DNA of 64,000 nucleotides from Chlamydiia bacterium (GTDB lineage Bacteria > Chlamydiota > Chlamydiia > Chlamydiales > Rhabdochlamydiaceae). A program made the position numbers and the translations under genes. Location: the NCBI GenBank assembly GCA_963804085.1, contig CAWDOQ010000002.1, forward strand, positions 128,001-192,000. The letters are read 5' to 3'. Numbering within the stretch: position 1 is the stretch's first letter; every line of letters begins with the position of its first letter. Of the stretch, positions 47,483-59,126 are shown piece by piece. A model generated the notes under the pieces. It saw only the letters and a list, made by a program, of their open reading frames with translations. It was not told the origin of the DNA and ran no database searches.

Positions 47483-50400
47483 TTAAGTCTTAAGCAGCTC
47501 TAACACATCTTCCCATGTGAGCTTTGCTATGGCCTCATCATCGCAACTTACGATTTTCTTGACTAATCCTTTTTTCCTCTTCTGCATCTCGGCGATCTTC
47601 TCTTCGATCGTATTTAGGGTGATCAGCTTATAGGCAGAAACAGAGTTTTTCTGGCCCATTCTATGGACACGGTCGGTTGCCTGATTTTCTACAGCAGGGT
47701 TCCACCACATGTCGTAATGGATCACAGTATCTGCTCCCACAAGGTTGAGGCCGGTGCCCCCTGCTTTAAGAGAAACTAAGAAAACCGGGATGGTCTGATC
47801 TTCATTAAATGTTTTAACAACCTCTAAGCGGTTTTTGCTCGAACCGTCCAAATATAGAAAACGTATCCCTTTTTGTTCAAAGTCTTCTCGCATGATCTGG
47901 AGCATACGCGTGTATTGACTGAAGATCACCGTCTTGTGTTTGCCTTCGATCAGCGTCTGCAAAAGATCGAGTAGCATATCATATTTTGCCGAGTCGCCCG
48001 GCTCTGCTTTCTCTTTAGCAAAAATTGCGGGGTGGCAGCAGATCTGCTTCAAGCGTGTAAGCGTAGCAAGCACATGTATCTGGACACGATCAAACCCATC
48101 TCTTTGCACCAGCTTGACCAGCTCATCCCTTGCCGATGCGGCATAGGAACGGTAGAGCTCTTGCTGCACTTGTGAGAGCTGACAGTGGTAGACGATCTCG
48201 GAGACGGGAGGAAGATCTTGCAGCACATCGCTCTTCATCCTGCGCAAAATGAAGGGAGAGACCTTCTTGCGCAAGTATTCGAGGTTTTTTGTCTGCTCCG
48301 TACCCGATAGACGTATATATTTTTCGACAAAGCGGTCGTAGCTGCTCAGAAAGCCCGGCATCAAGAAGTCGAAAAGACTCCAGAGCTCATCCAAAGAGTT
48401 TTCGATTGGCGTACCCGATAAGATCAGCCTATGCTCTGCAGGGACCATCTTGACAGATTTTGCGTTGCGCGTGCCGCGATTTTTGATGTGCTGCGCCTCA
48501 TCCAAAATCACGTAGGTAAAGGTGTGCGTTTTGTAGCTTTCGATATCTTTTTGTAGAAGCGTGTAGGAGGTGATCGCCACATCGCACTCATCCAGGTTAT
48601 CGATCAGCTTCTTTCTCTGGTTGGGCACCCCATCGACCACAAGAGTCTTAAGGTGTGAGTTAAACTTGCAAAACTCCTCCTTCCAGTTGTAGAGAAGAGA
48701 GGTAGGACAGACGATTAAAGAGAGCTTCTTTTTCTTAGATTGCAGCTGCGAGATTGCGACAATCGCTTGGAGTGTTTTTCCAAGGCCCATGTCATCTGCC
48801 AAAATCCCGTTCAAATACATCGTGCGAAGGCGCTCCAACCAACGCACCCCTTCGCTTTGATACGTGCGGAGTGTCGCCTTGACCTGCGTAGGCACTTCAG
48901 AGAACGAGAACTGCTTCTCTCCCAGCATCTGCTTGCGGATATCGACCAATCTATCCGAGATCGAGAATGTGATCGGCAGCCCAACAAATGAGGAGGCGTC
49001 GATGCTAGCTAGACTCCAAAGAGGCCTTTCGAGCTTATGCTCGTCCAAAACTGTAATACCTAGCTCATCGAAAATTTGGACGATGCCGCCGATGCGCTCC
49101 AAATCGAGCACCAGAATCTTGGGCATCTTATTCCCCTCAGGCGCTTTCTTAGTCTTGGCCTTGGGGGTCTCAACCTCGATGAAGGCTCTTTTCGAAGCCA
49201 TGCACTCCCAGAGAAGATCGAGCTTAACCCCTTTGAGGGCGCCCTGTACTTTTAGGTCGATCTCGTAGACATCTACTCGCTCAGAGGCTTCAAGATGCAT
49301 CTTGAACTTTGTCTGATCGTAAATGAACTGATCGAGCAGATTTTGCGGACAGTTAAATTTAACTCTGCTTTGGTTGCGCGGGATCACCTCTGTCATAAAT
49401 TCGACAATTTTCTTGTCCGATTTGGCGACATAAACTCCCGTTTCCGGATTGAAAATAAAGTCTTGAAAGAGATCTTCGATGATACGCCTCTCTTCAACCA
49501 GATTGCGTGCCAAAATACCTTGAGGAGTGACAAAAGTGGATACATCGTCATAGCGCAGCTGGTTTGCAGCTACAGGAATATCATTTCCGTCGTAAATGAA
49601 GTGGAGCTGAGCATCCAACTCCCCATTTAAGTAGGTGAGGTCGCAGCGCGCCTCAACATTGCCGACAAATGGGAGCGTGACAAAGTCCTCCATCATGTGT
49701 GGATTGGCAACTTCTGCAAAACGCAAGAGCTCAGGCATAGAATTTTCTACAAAAGTGCCAAAGAGCGGCTCCGGTAGCGTGATCTCGCGGATCGGGAGGA
49801 GGTTGCGCAAATGAAGGCGCGTGATTTGAGGAGCAAACCGGTAGTAGGCCCCCTTATGGAGCATGCCAGGTTTAGCACACTCAAAAAAGCGCGCGTCTTC
49901 CAGCTGAATCACATTGCCCTCTACCATTAGAGTAGGGTTCATCAGCATCTTGGTGGTAGGTGGCGGGATATATTCTAAGAAGAAACGGATCGTAGTCGGG
50001 TGCACAGAGAAACGCAGAGGCGTCTCCAAGCTCCCCTCATATAGTCCAGGTAGAATCGGAAGCTCCTCATCCCCTTGCGAAAAAGCAGGTTTTGCAGTGG
50101 TAAGAGAGATCTTATCAAAAACTTTAGCCAGAATCATCCCAAAAACTTCTGGGTCGATATGAGCCGCGCGCTGCGCCTTTTCCGTGGGTGCGCTCTCTGT
50201 AAAGCGAGCATGCTCCATCACAACCTGCACAATCTCTTTTTGCGCTCCTTCAAAAGAGTCGATCGAAAAACGGTAGCGCTTGCTTCCAATAAAGAGCGGC
50301 TCTTCATAGCGCACCCCTTCTAAAAACTGGCGCACATTGGGAATATGTAGTGGTTTGGAACGAAACGGGAGGCGAAGAGCGACCTGGATCTCTATCCCAT

Positions 50401-50986
50401 TTTTTGACTCCTTCTCTCTTTCCGTGGAGGCAGGCAGGGTAAAGACAAGAGCAAATTCGGCGCGATCGGTCTCAAATTTTTCTATAGGGCGGAAGAAGGG
50501 CGATACAGAAAGAAGTTCGGAAGAGGCGATATACTCCTGTAAAAGCTGTTTTTGAAACTGCTCTTCTTGGCGCAGAACCTCTTTACTCTCTGCCTCTTTA
50601 ATTTTTTTGATTAACTTTGCTTTTTCTTCTGCATCAAAATCGCTCTCGTCGTCCAGCTCTTTTAGATCATTCTCCTTAGAAAAAGCGACAAGGATTTTGT
50701 CGATATGTTCTTCTAAATAAAACAAGAGAGCTGCCAGATGGTTGCAATCGTAGTTATAAGGACAGTCGCAATCAGAGTCGGTAAGCTCGCACTCCTGCCT
50801 ATCAATCTCAATCTCACACTCGTAGCTATTCTCATACTGGCTTAAAATACGCCCCGAAATGCGCATCGACCGGCTATCCAAATGGAGAAGCTTGGCGGAG
50901 ACAACTTTCTTTTTTTCAAAGAGCTCTTTACCCTCTTTTACGATGGTGGAAGCAAAATCTTGTTTTAACTTACGAAAATTTAACAT
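47483..50986 (-). CDS. SWIM-domain SNF2-family helicase
   Basis: CDC..CNH SWIM motif, [43 protein letters not shown]. Confidence 0.95.
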   Translation of the reverse strand: MLNFRKLKQDFASTIVKEGKELFEKKKVVSAKLLHLDSRSMRISGRILSQYENSYECEIEIDRQECELTDSDCDCPYNYDCNHLAALLFYLEEHIDKILVAFSKENDLKELDDESDFDAEEKAKLIKKIKEAESKEVLRQEEQFQKQLLQEYIASSELLSVSPFFRPIEKFETDRAEFALVFTLPASTEREKESKNGIEIQVALRLPFRSKPLHIPNVRQFLEGVRYEEPLFIGSKRYRFSIDSFEGAQKEIVQVVMEHARFTESAPTEKAQRAAHIDPEVFGMILAKVFDKISLTTAKPAFSQGDEELPILPGLYEGSLETPLRFSVHPTTIRFFLEYIPPPTTKMLMNPTLMVEGNVIQLEDARFFECAKPGMLHKGAYYRFAPQITRLHLRNLLPIREITLPEPLFGTFVENSMPELLRFAEVANPHMMEDFVTLPFVGNVEARCDLTYLNGELDAQLHFIYDGNDIPVAANQLRYDDVSTFVTPQGILARNLVEERRIIEDLFQDFIFNPETGVYVAKSDKKIVEFMTEVIPRNQSRVKFNCPQNLLDQFIYDQTKFKMHLEASERVDVYEIDLKVQGALKGVKLDLLWECMASKRAFIEVETPKAKTKKAPEGNKMPKILVLDLERIGGIVQIFDELGITVLDEHKLERPLWSLASIDASSFVGLPITFSISDRLVDIRKQMLGEKQFSFSEVPTQVKATLRTYQSEGVRWLERLRTMYLNGILADDMGLGKTLQAIVAISQLQSKKKKLSLIVCPTSLLYNWKEEFCKFNSHLKTLVVDGVPNQRKKLIDNLDECDVAITSYTLLQKDIESYKTHTFTYVILDEAQHIKNRGTRNAKSVKMVPAEHRLILSGTPIENSLDELWSLFDFLMPGFLSSYDRFVEKYIRLSGTEQTKNLEYLRKKVSPFILRRMKSDVLQDLPPVSEIVYHCQLSQVQQELYRSYAASARDELVKLVQRDGFDRVQIHVLATLTRLKQICCHPAIFAKEKAEPGDSAKYDMLLDLLQTLIEGKHKTVIFSQYTRMLQIMREDFEQKGIRFLYLDGSSKNRLEVVKTFNEDQTIPVFLVSLKAGGTGLNLVGADTVIHYDMWWNPAVENQATDRVHRMGQKNSVSAYKLITLNTIEEKIAEMQKRKKGLVKKIVSCDDEAIAKLTWEDVLELLKT

Positions 50987-51108
50987 GACCTTAAGGATTT
51001 TTGAGTTTCACTGCTTTTTACAGTTTTTCTTTAACTCGTGCAACAAAAAAGCAAAAAAAGGATGAAAAAAAAGATATCACCGATTATCTTTTCCAATTTG
51101 CGCATCTT

Positions 51109-51180
51109 GCGGGTGTAGCTCAGTGGTAGAGCATCACGTTGCCAACGTGAGGGTCGTGAGTTCGAGCCTCATCACCCGCT
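51109..51180 (+). tRNA. tRNA-Gly (GCC)
   Basis: GCGGGTGTAGCTCAGTGGTAGAGCA-TCACG-TTGCCAA-CGTGA-GGGTCGTGAGTTCGAGCCTCATCACCCGCT. Confidence 0.95.
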
Positions 51181-51213
51181 AATTTTATTCAAAGTAAGGA
51201 TTTAGGGAACATT

Positions 51214-52575
51214 ATGGCAAAAAAGGAACAAGCGCACAAAGAAGTAGCGCCAAAAGAAGAAGCACAGGTGGTCGCACAAGAATTTTCAAATGATCAAGTG
51301 CGATTGCTCATCCATCGCAAGCCTCATTGCCGTGTAGAGTTTGAAGTAGAAGCCTCTCCCTCTCTTGTGCAAGAAGCACACAAAAAAGCAGTTAAGCGCC
51401 TTGCAAAAGAAGTAACGCTGCCGGGCTTTCGTAAAGGTAAAGCGCCCGATGAGATGATCCTCTCCAAATATCCGAACGAACTCGACAAAGAGTGGCAAGA
51501 AGCGATCGCAGATTTTGCTTTTAGACAGTGCATGCAGCTCGCACAAATCCCACTTTTGCACAAAGATTCGCGCGTCACATTTAAAATGATCAACCACTCA
51601 AAACAGGGCGCTAAACTCACGCTCACCTTTGAGACAGAGCCCGTACTTCCGGTGGTCGATCCCAAAAAGATCCAATTAAAAGCAGTGCCAAGACCCGAAG
51701 TAAATGAAGAGAAGGTCGAAGAGACGATCCGCCAAGTACGCCTCTTTTTTGCCACCTGGACACAAGTAAACGATCGCGCAGCAAAAGAAAAAGATTTTGT
51801 CCTTCTTGATGTCGATGTGATTGAAGAAGAGCCTCCCTTAAAACTCTTTTCTAACACACGCTTTGAAGTCACACACAAATCGATGGCAGAGTGGATGCGC
51901 AAACTCGTCCTCGGCATGAAGCCCGGAGAATCCAGAGAAGGCGTAAGCGTTGCCGATGAGAATGCAAAGCCGGAAGAAAAAGAGAGCTTCAAACCCAAAA
52001 AAGTGCGCATCACCTTAAAGGCGATCGAGCACGCGGAAGCACCACCACTTGATGATGCACTTGCTCAAAAACTCGGCGTCGCCAATCTAGAAGACCTACG
52101 CAACTCACTCACCAACCATTTAAATAAGCAAGCGGATGACCACGTGCGTGAAAAGATGCGCGAGCAGGTAAGCGAGGCTCTCCTCACTAAATTCCCCTTT
52201 GATCTTCCCCCATCGCTCATCGAAAAAGAGGCCCACTTCCGCATGAGACAGCTCATGCAAGATGCCGATTTCCAAAAACACTGGAATACGATGCCGGAAG
52301 AAGAGCGCAAAAAGATGGTCGAGTCTATCTACATACAATCTGAAAAGGCGATCCGCATGTTCTACCTCTGCCGTAAGATCATCGCAGATGCCAAACTCAC
52401 CATCACCGCCCAAGATATGCCGAAACCCGCATCAACCCCCTTGGAGGCGCTCCTCTCCCCCAATAGCCAGCCGCATCTCCCCGAGCACTCCGAAGTCCGC
52501 CAAGCCGAGATCTATTCCAAGCTCGTGCTCGAGAAGGCTGAGGACTATCTCATTCAGCATGCTAACGTAGAGTAA
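51214..52575 (+). CDS. tig: Trigger factor
   Basis: Ribosome-binding motif LPGFRKGKAP; lies upstream of clpP-clpX. Confidence 0.92.
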   Translation: MAKKEQAHKEVAPKEEAQVVAQEFSNDQVRLLIHRKPHCRVEFEVEASPSLVQEAHKKAVKRLAKEVTLPGFRKGKAPDEMILSKYPNELDKEWQEAIADFAFRQCMQLAQIPLLHKDSRVTFKMINHSKQGAKLTLTFETEPVLPVVDPKKIQLKAVPRPEVNEEKVEETIRQVRLFFATWTQVNDRAAKEKDFVLLDVDVIEEEPPLKLFSNTRFEVTHKSMAEWMRKLVLGMKPGESREGVSVADENAKPEEKESFKPKKVRITLKAIEHAEAPPLDDALAQKLGVANLEDLRNSLTNHLNKQADDHVREKMREQVSEALLTKFPFDLPPSLIEKEAHFRMRQLMQDADFQKHWNTMPEEERKKMVESIYIQSEKAIRMFYLCRKIIADAKLTITAQDMPKPASTPLEALLSPNSQPHLPEHSEVRQAEIYSKLVLEKAEDYLIQHANVE

Positions 52576-52590
52576 TAGACATCTCTTCCT

Positions 52591-52652
52591 TACGCGACGC
52601 GCCCGCTTCCGCGCCCGATCCGGATTAATTCGGGCGCGCATGCGGGCGCGTA
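52591..52652. repeat. Family A palindromic repeat (GCGC-type), copy 7
   Basis: TACGCG..GCGCCCGATCCGGATTAATTCGGGCGCGCATGCGGGCGCGTA. Confidence 0.85.
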
Positions 52653-52659
52653 AAAGAGA

Positions 52660-53547
52660 TCAAGAGAAAAACGAAAGGCACCAACGGATAAAAGAGCTGA
52701 GTTTTTCGCAAAGAGAGGAGCAGATCTGGGACAAGGTTGCTGCCCAAGAGTCTTCAGCCGTCTTGCTTTCTTGGAAAAGGGCTTCCTCTAGTTCGGTATT
52801 TACAAAGAGAGCGGATACAATTCTGCAAGCATCTCTTTCTCTTTTTACATCAACACCAAGTGCAATTGGATCGCGAAGATCTGCGTTGATAATTTCGCAC
52901 ACTTGCTGACACATTTTGCGCTTTTGCATAGCGCTCTTATCGAGAATTAAACGATCTTGAGAAACATAACCCGCCATTAGCTGCACAAGAGGAGGAGGAA
53001 GGATAGCTGCTCTTGAAAAGTGCTGCTCAAGCTTTTCTCGCTCTTGCGCACTATCGATAAGCTCTGATGCTTGCACAAACTTCTCAGGATTGTGTACGAG
53101 GCTTTTATTCCCATTAGCTCTCTTTTCTACAAACCATTTTTGACCGAGTTTGAGTAAGAACAAGGGCTCTTGCCCAGGAAATTTAATGAGCATCCCCTCA
53201 TCCATATCCGTTTGATCAAGAATCAGGCGGGTAGCAAGGGTTCTGACACGAGTAAAATCTTCAGGGAACCCAAAGCAGCCTATGTGAGGTATAGCGGAAT
53301 TAATCTCGGTGTTCCAGCGACTAGGAATTTGATCAAATAGCACACTGCCACCAAAAATACCCACTTTGACCATCGTCTCTTGGAACTCTTCACTCCAAAT
53401 GACTTGTTTGACATCCCTAGAAATATCTTCCAACTCATAGTGTTGGTGGTCCAAAACAATTCTTTGTCCATGAGCCTGGAAATAGGCGCGCCAATCTGCT
53501 TTATCCCATTGTAAATAATTTTTTGCTGATTCAATGTTGTGTGTCAT
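52660..53547 (-). CDS. Hypothetical protein inserted between tig and clpP
   Basis: 295-codon ORF antisense to the tig-clpP-clpX run, with an AT-rich upstream region; no recognisable motif. Confidence 0.65.
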   Translation of the reverse strand: MTHNIESAKNYLQWDKADWRAYFQAHGQRIVLDHQHYELEDISRDVKQVIWSEEFQETMVKVGIFGGSVLFDQIPSRWNTEINSAIPHIGCFGFPEDFTRVRTLATRLILDQTDMDEGMLIKFPGQEPLFLLKLGQKWFVEKRANGNKSLVHNPEKFVQASELIDSAQEREKLEQHFSRAAILPPPLVQLMAGYVSQDRLILDKSAMQKRKMCQQVCEIINADLRDPIALGVDVKRERDACRIVSALFVNTELEEALFQESKTAEDSWAATLSQICSSLCEKLSSFIRWCLSFFS

Positions 53548-53696
53548 AATTAGCAGCAATTTTAATAAATTTTAGCGTATTAATACAGTAAAATAATAAT
53601 TATTTGCTTGACGACCAACATGCTAGCGCGGAGTAATCTTTTTTGGTGCGACGACTTATTGTTCATTGCACTCCAAAAAAGAGGCCCGTAAGAATC

Positions 53697-53843
53697 ACGG
53701 ACCAACCAAAACGGACGAGAAACGGACACGGGCCAAGAGAACTAACTTGAGTTTCTTTCTTAGGGCGCGTCCGTTTTCGTCCGTTTCCTGTCCATTCTCT
53801 TTCTCTTGGTCCGTTTTCGTCCGTTGCGCCCCGTCCGTTGGTT
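53697..53843. repeat. ACGGAC/GTCCGT short-unit palindromic repeat (family B)
   Basis: Repeated (A)ACGGAC units on the left and GTCCGTTTTC units on the right. Confidence 0.65.
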
Positions 53844-53880
53844 AAGAGCGCTTGTCTACTGCCAATGCTCATCGATTTAT

Positions 53881-53930
53881 CCGAAATTAATCCGGATCGG
53901 GCAAGGGCACGGGCAGGGGCACGGGCACGT
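53881..53930. repeat. Family A palindromic repeat, half copy 8
   Basis: CCGAAATTAATCCGGATCGGGCAAGGGCACGGGCAGGGGCACGGGCACGT; left arm missing. Confidence 0.8.
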
Positions 53931-53996
53931 TTGTGTCTGCTTGACTTAAGTATTTTAGGGTCGGCAATATGAAATTATACAAGCCAAGGACTGACT

Positions 53997-54602
53997 ATGT
54001 ACCAAATTCCGTATGTAATTGAGGATACTGGCCGCGGTGAGCGCGCCATGGACATCTACTCCCGTCTGCTCAAAGACCGCATTGTATTTATCGGCACACA
54101 GATCGATGATGCTGTGGCAAACACCGTCATCGCCCAGCTCCTTTTCCTCCGCGCAGAAGACCCCAAAAAGGATGTCAACGTCTACGTCAACTCTCCAGGC
54201 GGATATATCAATGCCGGCCTTGCGATCTACGATACTATGAAGTTCATGGGCTATGACATCAATACATACTGCCTCGGCCAAGCCGCCTCTATGGGCGCCC
54301 TCTTGCTGGCAGCCGGCACCAAAGGCAAACGCTATGCTCTTCCCAACAGCCGGATCATGATCCACCAGCCCTCCGGCGGGGTCACAGGCACCTCTGCGGA
54401 TATCAAGCTGCAGGCACAAGAGATCCTCATCCTCAAACAGATGTGCGCCAAAATTCTCTCAGAGGTCACAGACAAGCCGATCGCCAAGGTCATCGAAGAC
54501 TCAGAAAGAGACTTCTATATGAGCCCCGAAGAGGCCGTAAAATATGGACTGATCGACAAGATCGCTTCGCAGACAACACGTGCAACAGACATAAAGAAAT
54601 AG
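53997..54602 (+). CDS. clpP: ATP-dependent Clp protease proteolytic subunit
   Basis: [42 protein letters not shown]. Confidence 0.98.
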   Translation: MYQIPYVIEDTGRGERAMDIYSRLLKDRIVFIGTQIDDAVANTVIAQLLFLRAEDPKKDVNVYVNSPGGYINAGLAIYDTMKFMGYDINTYCLGQAASMGALLLAAGTKGKRYALPNSRIMIHQPSGGVTGTSADIKLQAQEILILKQMCAKILSEVTDKPIAKVIEDSERDFYMSPEEAVKYGLIDKIASQTTRATDIKK

Positions 54603-54612
54603 AGATAGACTG

Positions 54613-55830
54613 ATGCTAAAAAAAGAAAAAGACGCCCCGACCTGCTCCTTCTGTGGGCGCACCGAAGATGCCGTTGAAAAGCTCATCTCCGGACCCGACA
54701 CCTTTATTTGCGATAAGTGCGTCCGCCTCTGCATGGAGATCGTTGAAAAGAAGCCGGTCCATCACGAGCTAAAAATTTTAAAGCCCAAAGAGGTTAAAGA
54801 CCGGCTCGATGAGTATGTGATTGGCCAAGAAAGAGCAAAAAAGACCATCTCTGTCGCCGTCTACAACCACTACAAGCGCCTCCGCGCTATGCATAAAGAG
54901 AAAGAGGTCGAGTATGTTAAATCCAACGTCCTTCTCCTCGGCCCTACCGGCTCCGGCAAAACGCTTATCGCCCGGACGCTTGCCAATATCCTAGATGTCC
55001 CCTTTGCGATTGCAGATGCAACGACCCTTACAGAAGCAGGCTACGTAGGTGAAGACGTAGAGAACATCATCCTCCGTCTCGTCCAAGCTGCCGACTATGA
55101 CATCGCCCGTGCCGAGATCGGCATCATCTATGTCGACGAGATCGATAAGATCCGCAAGTCTACAGGTAACGTCTCGATCACACGCGATGTATCCGGTGAA
55201 GGCGTGCAGCAAGCTCTGTTAAAAATTGTAGAAGGCACAGTTGCCAACGTCCCTCCAAAAGGCGGACGCAAGCACCCCAATCAAGAATACATCAAAGTCA
55301 ACACACAGAATATCCTCTTCATCGTAGGCGGAGCTTTTGTACATTTAGATAAGATCGTCGCAAAACGCCTCGGCAAGAGCACCATCGGCTTTGATGCCGC
55401 AGAAGCCCGCACCTTCGACATCACCGAGACCAACTACCTCCTCTCCAAAGTGGAGCCCGAAGATCTCGTCCAGTTCGGCATGATCCCCGAGTTTGTCGGA
55501 AGATTTAACAGCCTCGCCAACTGCAACGAGCTCACAGTAGATGACCTCGTCACCATCCTCGTCAAACCCAAAAATGCAATCGTGAAACAGTACCAGCAGC
55601 TCTTCCAAGAAGAGAACGTTCAGCTCCACTTCACAGAAGATGCTCTCCGTGCCATGGCCGAAAAAGCCAAAGAGACAGGAACCGGCGCCCGCGCTTTACG
55701 TATGATTGTAGAAAGTTTGCTATTGGAACTCATGTTTGAAGTCCCCTCCGACCCCTCGATTAAAGAGATCATCGTGGACAAGTCGGCCATCCAAGAAGGG
55801 ATGGCCCCTAAAATTAAGCGCAGTGCTTAA
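54613..55830 (+). CDS. clpX: ATP-dependent Clp protease ATPase subunit ClpX
   Basis: CSFCG..ICDKC zinc finger, [32 protein letters not shown] loop, TGARALR. Confidence 0.98.
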   Translation: MLKKEKDAPTCSFCGRTEDAVEKLISGPDTFICDKCVRLCMEIVEKKPVHHELKILKPKEVKDRLDEYVIGQERAKKTISVAVYNHYKRLRAMHKEKEVEYVKSNVLLLGPTGSGKTLIARTLANILDVPFAIADATTLTEAGYVGEDVENIILRLVQAADYDIARAEIGIIYVDEIDKIRKSTGNVSITRDVSGEGVQQALLKIVEGTVANVPPKGGRKHPNQEYIKVNTQNILFIVGGAFVHLDKIVAKRLGKSTIGFDAAEARTFDITETNYLLSKVEPEDLVQFGMIPEFVGRFNSLANCNELTVDDLVTILVKPKNAIVKQYQQLFQEENVQLHFTEDALRAMAEKAKETGTGARALRMIVESLLLELMFEVPSDPSIKEIIVDKSAIQEGMAPKIKRSA

Positions 55831-56456
55831 AGGTTTTTCTGGCTGGGATGCTCGCCATGCTTGCGCTGCTGTTCGCATGTCTCTCTGCGTGCGTTATCGA
55901 CTTCACCGAGCGTCTCACCTAGCTTTGATAGCTCCGGCTGCATTCTTGCAACAAAGTCAGTATACAGATCGGGTAGCATCTCTTGCAGAGCACCTCCGTT
56001 CGGAGTAAACCTTATTTTTTGAAGCGTAAATGCTTGCAGACGATTCTCGCGGTGCAGATTCAACTTAATGGTATTGATATCGCCAAAATCCCTTGTACCA
56101 CAAAGCAATCCCCCTAATGCCAGCGTTTCAATGCGAGCAGCTATCTGTAGGAGTTGGGCATTGTCAAATTCGGAATCGAGTCGTTCTTCACTGCCATCCG
56201 AATGAACGCGCGCAGTGGAAAGGTAGAAGGTTTCAAAACCACCAGGACCTTTGCTACTCGGCAAACGGACTGGAATAACTTGCCGTGCACGCAGACCATC
56301 ATTATTAACTGGATTAGCCGGAGGATTAGCTACCGCAGGAGCAGCCTTCCCAGGATCTACCGCGACATGTGGAGCATCGTAACCATCCGCTTGGCCATCA
56401 AAAGAGACTCCATTAACAGCACGTCCTGCATCAAATTCTACAGATCTTATAGCCAT
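55827..56456 (-). CDS. Hypothetical protein with low-complexity N-terminus
   Basis: AAGGA RBS; 209-codon ORF overlapping the clpX stop by 4 nt. Confidence 0.6.
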   Translation of the reverse strand: MAIRSVEFDAGRAVNGVSFDGQADGYDAPHVAVDPGKAAPAVANPPANPVNNDGLRARQVIPVRLPSSKGPGGFETFYLSTARVHSDGSEERLDSEFDNAQLLQIAARIETLALGGLLCGTRDFGDINTIKLNLHRENRLQAFTLQKIRFTPNGGALQEMLPDLYTDFVARMQPELSKLGETLGEVDNARRETCEQQRKHGEHPSQKNL

Positions 56457-56523
56457 AATTCCTTAATATCTTTAATTTTTGTAACTATCTTATGTAAAAA
56501 TCTATTTTAATTCAACTAATAAT

Positions 56524-56554
56524 AAAAGGGGAAAGCTCTTATGAGCTTTCCCCC
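56524..56554 (-). terminator. Intrinsic terminator closing the six-gene minus-strand operon
   Basis: GGGGAAAGCTC-TTAT-GAGCTTTCCCC stem, followed on the minus strand by TTTTATT. Confidence 0.8.
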
Positions 56555-56559
56555 TGGTA

Positions 56560-57249
56560 TTAATGGGCTTGCGACATCGCAATCACGTATTGGAGCGACT
56601 GGGCCACACTATTGCCAAGTTGTCCAAATGTACTTTGCGCGCCTTGTACAACAGTATTGACAGCGGCTCTCATGCTAGCAATCGCCTTACCTGTTGCATC
56701 GGCTCTTTGCGCGTCTGCTTGCGCTTCCGCTCCACTTGCTGTGTAGCCAGCTTGCGCCATACCTCCGATACCCTTAAAGATAGGACCAAATCCGTTCATC
56801 ATCATCTGCCCGATGTTCGAGTAGGTCTTATACTTGGTTTCAATTTTAGCTCTCTCAAAATCAAGCCTTGAGTCAGAAAACTGTGCATCGGCTCCAGGAA
56901 CTCCGGCAGCAGCAGCAGGGTCTCTACTTACGATAAGTTCACGACCCTCTTTAAATTGCTTATCCACTGCGTTCAGGTCACTGAGCTGTTTCGTATTAGA
57001 TACAAAATCTACAGTAGTGCCTCCAACTGCGACTGAGCCGCTTAAGATTTCCATACCAGCCGAAACAAATTGCCCGTTTGCTTGATCATATCCAGCTTTG
57101 AGGGTGCGTGTTGCCTGAGCACTTGCCATCTGACCTTCGGTCTTGATCATGTCGGCTTCCAGTAAGTTACCTGCTACTGCAGTCGCGTTCATAGATCTCA
57201 TGAGCTCTCTGCTCAGAACTAGAACATCACCAGCTACGTTGTTTCCCAT
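56560..57249 (-). CDS. Helical Ala/Gly/Gln-rich protein, minor-translocator (CopD/IpaC)-like
   Basis: AGGAATAAATTT-ATG; Gly-rich hydrophobic stretches (SAGMEILSGSVAVGG, MMNGFGPIFKGIGGMAQA) followed by an AEAQADAQRADA coiled segment. Confidence 0.6.
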   Translation of the reverse strand: MGNNVAGDVLVLSRELMRSMNATAVAGNLLEADMIKTEGQMASAQATRTLKAGYDQANGQFVSAGMEILSGSVAVGGTTVDFVSNTKQLSDLNAVDKQFKEGRELIVSRDPAAAAGVPGADAQFSDSRLDFERAKIETKYKTYSNIGQMMMNGFGPIFKGIGGMAQAGYTASGAEAQADAQRADATGKAIASMRAAVNTVVQGAQSTFGQLGNSVAQSLQYVIAMSQAH

Positions 57250-57280
57250 AAATTTATTCCTTTTATTGTTTGTTATTTAA

Positions 57281-58003
57281 TTATTTATAATTTCCTAAAA
57301 CGCCTTGTAGCACATTACGATTAGCTTCACGTAAGCCCTCATTGATTGCGCGTATATCTTTGGCAATCGATTGTGCAAGACTTGTCATGCGCGACATACT
57401 CTCTGCAATCTGATCGACCACAGCCTTATTCGTCGCCTGGTAGTTCTTCTGCACTGCTGTCGCAAGAGAGCTATCTGCATTTACGGGTGCAAGCTGGTAT
57501 GACCAGTCTGCTTGCTTAAGACGCACGGAGCCATCATAAATGCCGGCGATACCACTTGCAAATCCCGCAAGGCTGGTTAGCATTTTTGCAACTGTCGTTA
57601 CAATCGATGTTACTGTTCTTATGCTTGCAGCTGCTATCATGCCTTCTGCTTCCATAGCCATGAGAACAGGGCCAGCTGCCATTCCCACAACACCTAAAAC
57701 TGCAGTGGCAATGGTGAGCCCGGTAAGAACAGGACCCAACTTATCCATCGTATCTTGGAGGCTCTGGATGTTGTCTAGCATCTGGGCCTTGTTAGCGTTA
57801 ATCGTTTTAAGAGCATCTATTATCTTATTCTGAGCACTGTTAATAGATTTTGCGACATCTCCTTGTGTCTGCACACCTTTCCCCATCGTTTCGTTGAGAA
57901 GTGCATAGATCATGCACATCGCCACCAGCTGGTTTTCTGTGTGAGGCGCCTCTCCTGCAAAAGAAGGAGAGGAGCTATTTTCCAATTTTATTGCTGAACT
58001 CAT
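57281..58003 (-). CDS. Helical protein with central hydrophobic hairpin, translocator-like
   Basis: AAGGATAAAAAT-ATG; coiled coil, then VLTGLTIATAVLGVVGMAAGPVL and MLTSLAGFASGIAGI hydrophobic segments. Confidence 0.62.
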   Translation of the reverse strand: MSSAIKLENSSSPSFAGEAPHTENQLVAMCMIYALLNETMGKGVQTQGDVAKSINSAQNKIIDALKTINANKAQMLDNIQSLQDTMDKLGPVLTGLTIATAVLGVVGMAAGPVLMAMEAEGMIAAASIRTVTSIVTTVAKMLTSLAGFASGIAGIYDGSVRLKQADWSYQLAPVNADSSLATAVQKNYQATNKAVVDQIAESMSRMTSLAQSIAKDIRAINEGLREANRNVLQGVLGNYK

Positions 58004-58023
58004 ATTTTTATCCTTCTTTAGTG

Positions 58024-58647
58024 TTAAGCAGCACCTTGTGACCACATCATCGATTTGTACCACTGCATAGCGGCCTGGATCATGTTGGCATCTTGGGTTT
58101 TCATATCGTTTGCAGGAGCAATGTACTGCTGCATGATTTGGCTCAAGTTGCTTTGTAATCTCTGTACTTCTGTCTGGTCCACCTGCACTTTGTTAACAAC
58201 ATCCGCTTGTTTGGCCGGATCATACTGATCATAGGCTGCCTGATGGTCTACGCAATCCGAGTTTGGGGCCAGACCTTCGGCCAGTAGTAAGCCGGCTACC
58301 ACAGCTACTACTGCAAGCAGAATCAAACCTACTCCACACCAGGAAAGAGCAGCACCTATTGCCGCAAGACCTGCGATAGCTGTTATCATCATTGTCATCT
58401 GACCCTGACCGTTCATGCTGTCCTTTGCATCGTGGTGCTGAACAAAGCCTGCAGTAGGAATCTTTGCGGCATCATCCTTCCATTTGTCAACGCTTGCTGA
58501 ATACTCCGCATTCGTTGCTTGCGCTTGCACGTAGCGCATCGCAATGTCTTCATCCGTGGCGTTCTTATGTTTTGACATTACTTCCATGATGAAGAGGAAG
58601 ATGTTGCTGGAGAAGCTTTCTCCATGTACACGATTTGGGTCTGTCAT
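58024..58647 (-). CDS. Helical protein with a long bilobed hydrophobic segment (translocator/Inc-like)
   Basis: About 40-aa hydrophobic run MMITAIAGLAAIGAALSWCGVGLILLAVVAVVAGLLLA; Gln-rich C-terminal helix. Confidence 0.65.
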   Translation of the reverse strand: MTDPNRVHGESFSSNIFLFIMEVMSKHKNATDEDIAMRYVQAQATNAEYSASVDKWKDDAAKIPTAGFVQHHDAKDSMNGQGQMTMMITAIAGLAAIGAALSWCGVGLILLAVVAVVAGLLLAEGLAPNSDCVDHQAAYDQYDPAKQADVVNKVQVDQTEVQRLQSNLSQIMQQYIAPANDMKTQDANMIQAAMQWYKSMMWSQGAA

Positions 58648-58672
58648 ATTATTACCTATTATTTTTGGTTGA

Positions 58673-59116
58673 TTATCTAGTTCTTTCAGTTATTAAGTAG
58701 TTCTTCAAAATTCCGCCGAACATGGCGCAGTTTTGACGGATCATATCTTGGCAAGGGTCGATCTCTACTTTAAAGACCTGGTTCATCTCGCCTCGCATCC
58801 CAAATAGTTTTGCTTGTTCTGCTTGCACATCAGACATTGCGGCTTGGATAGCTTGCACCTTGCTCATATCTCCCGGTGTTTGGCTATCAATAAGAGCTTT
58901 AAGAGCTTTTTGCTTATCCGCTACAATATCTTTCTGGTTATCAAACTGACTCGTCATGAGGAGCAGTTTATTCAATCCTGCATCTGTTGACGCATCTTGA
59001 TTCTTAATATCGCGCAGAAACATCATGAGGATGATTAGGAAGGCGTTGTGCACTTCTTTTGCATCTCCTGTTTGAGGAGCCGGAGCATGTACTGAATTAC
59101 TTACTATTGCTGTCAT
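58673..59116 (-). CDS. Gln-rich helical hypothetical protein
   Basis: AAGGAG RBS; MTAIVSNSVHAPAPQTG N-terminus followed by coiled-coil heptads. Confidence 0.65.
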   Translation of the reverse strand: MTAIVSNSVHAPAPQTGDAKEVHNAFLIILMMFLRDIKNQDASTDAGLNKLLLMTSQFDNQKDIVADKQKALKALIDSQTPGDMSKVQAIQAAMSDVQAEQAKLFGMRGEMNQVFKVEIDPCQDMIRQNCAMFGGILKNYLITERTR

Positions 59117-59126
59117 ATGTTTCTCC

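Noticed and set aside
4332-51180. Prophage or integrative element at the tRNA genes
   Set aside because: No integrase, transposase or phage genes, and no duplicated tRNA 3' ends were seen near any of the three tRNAs.
51324-52013. 229-aa antisense ORF within tig, and similar long antisense ORFs in mreB, the secretin gene and the SNF2 gene
   Set aside because: They lie wholly opposite well-conserved genes and are Ser/Phe-rich, typical of antisense shadows.
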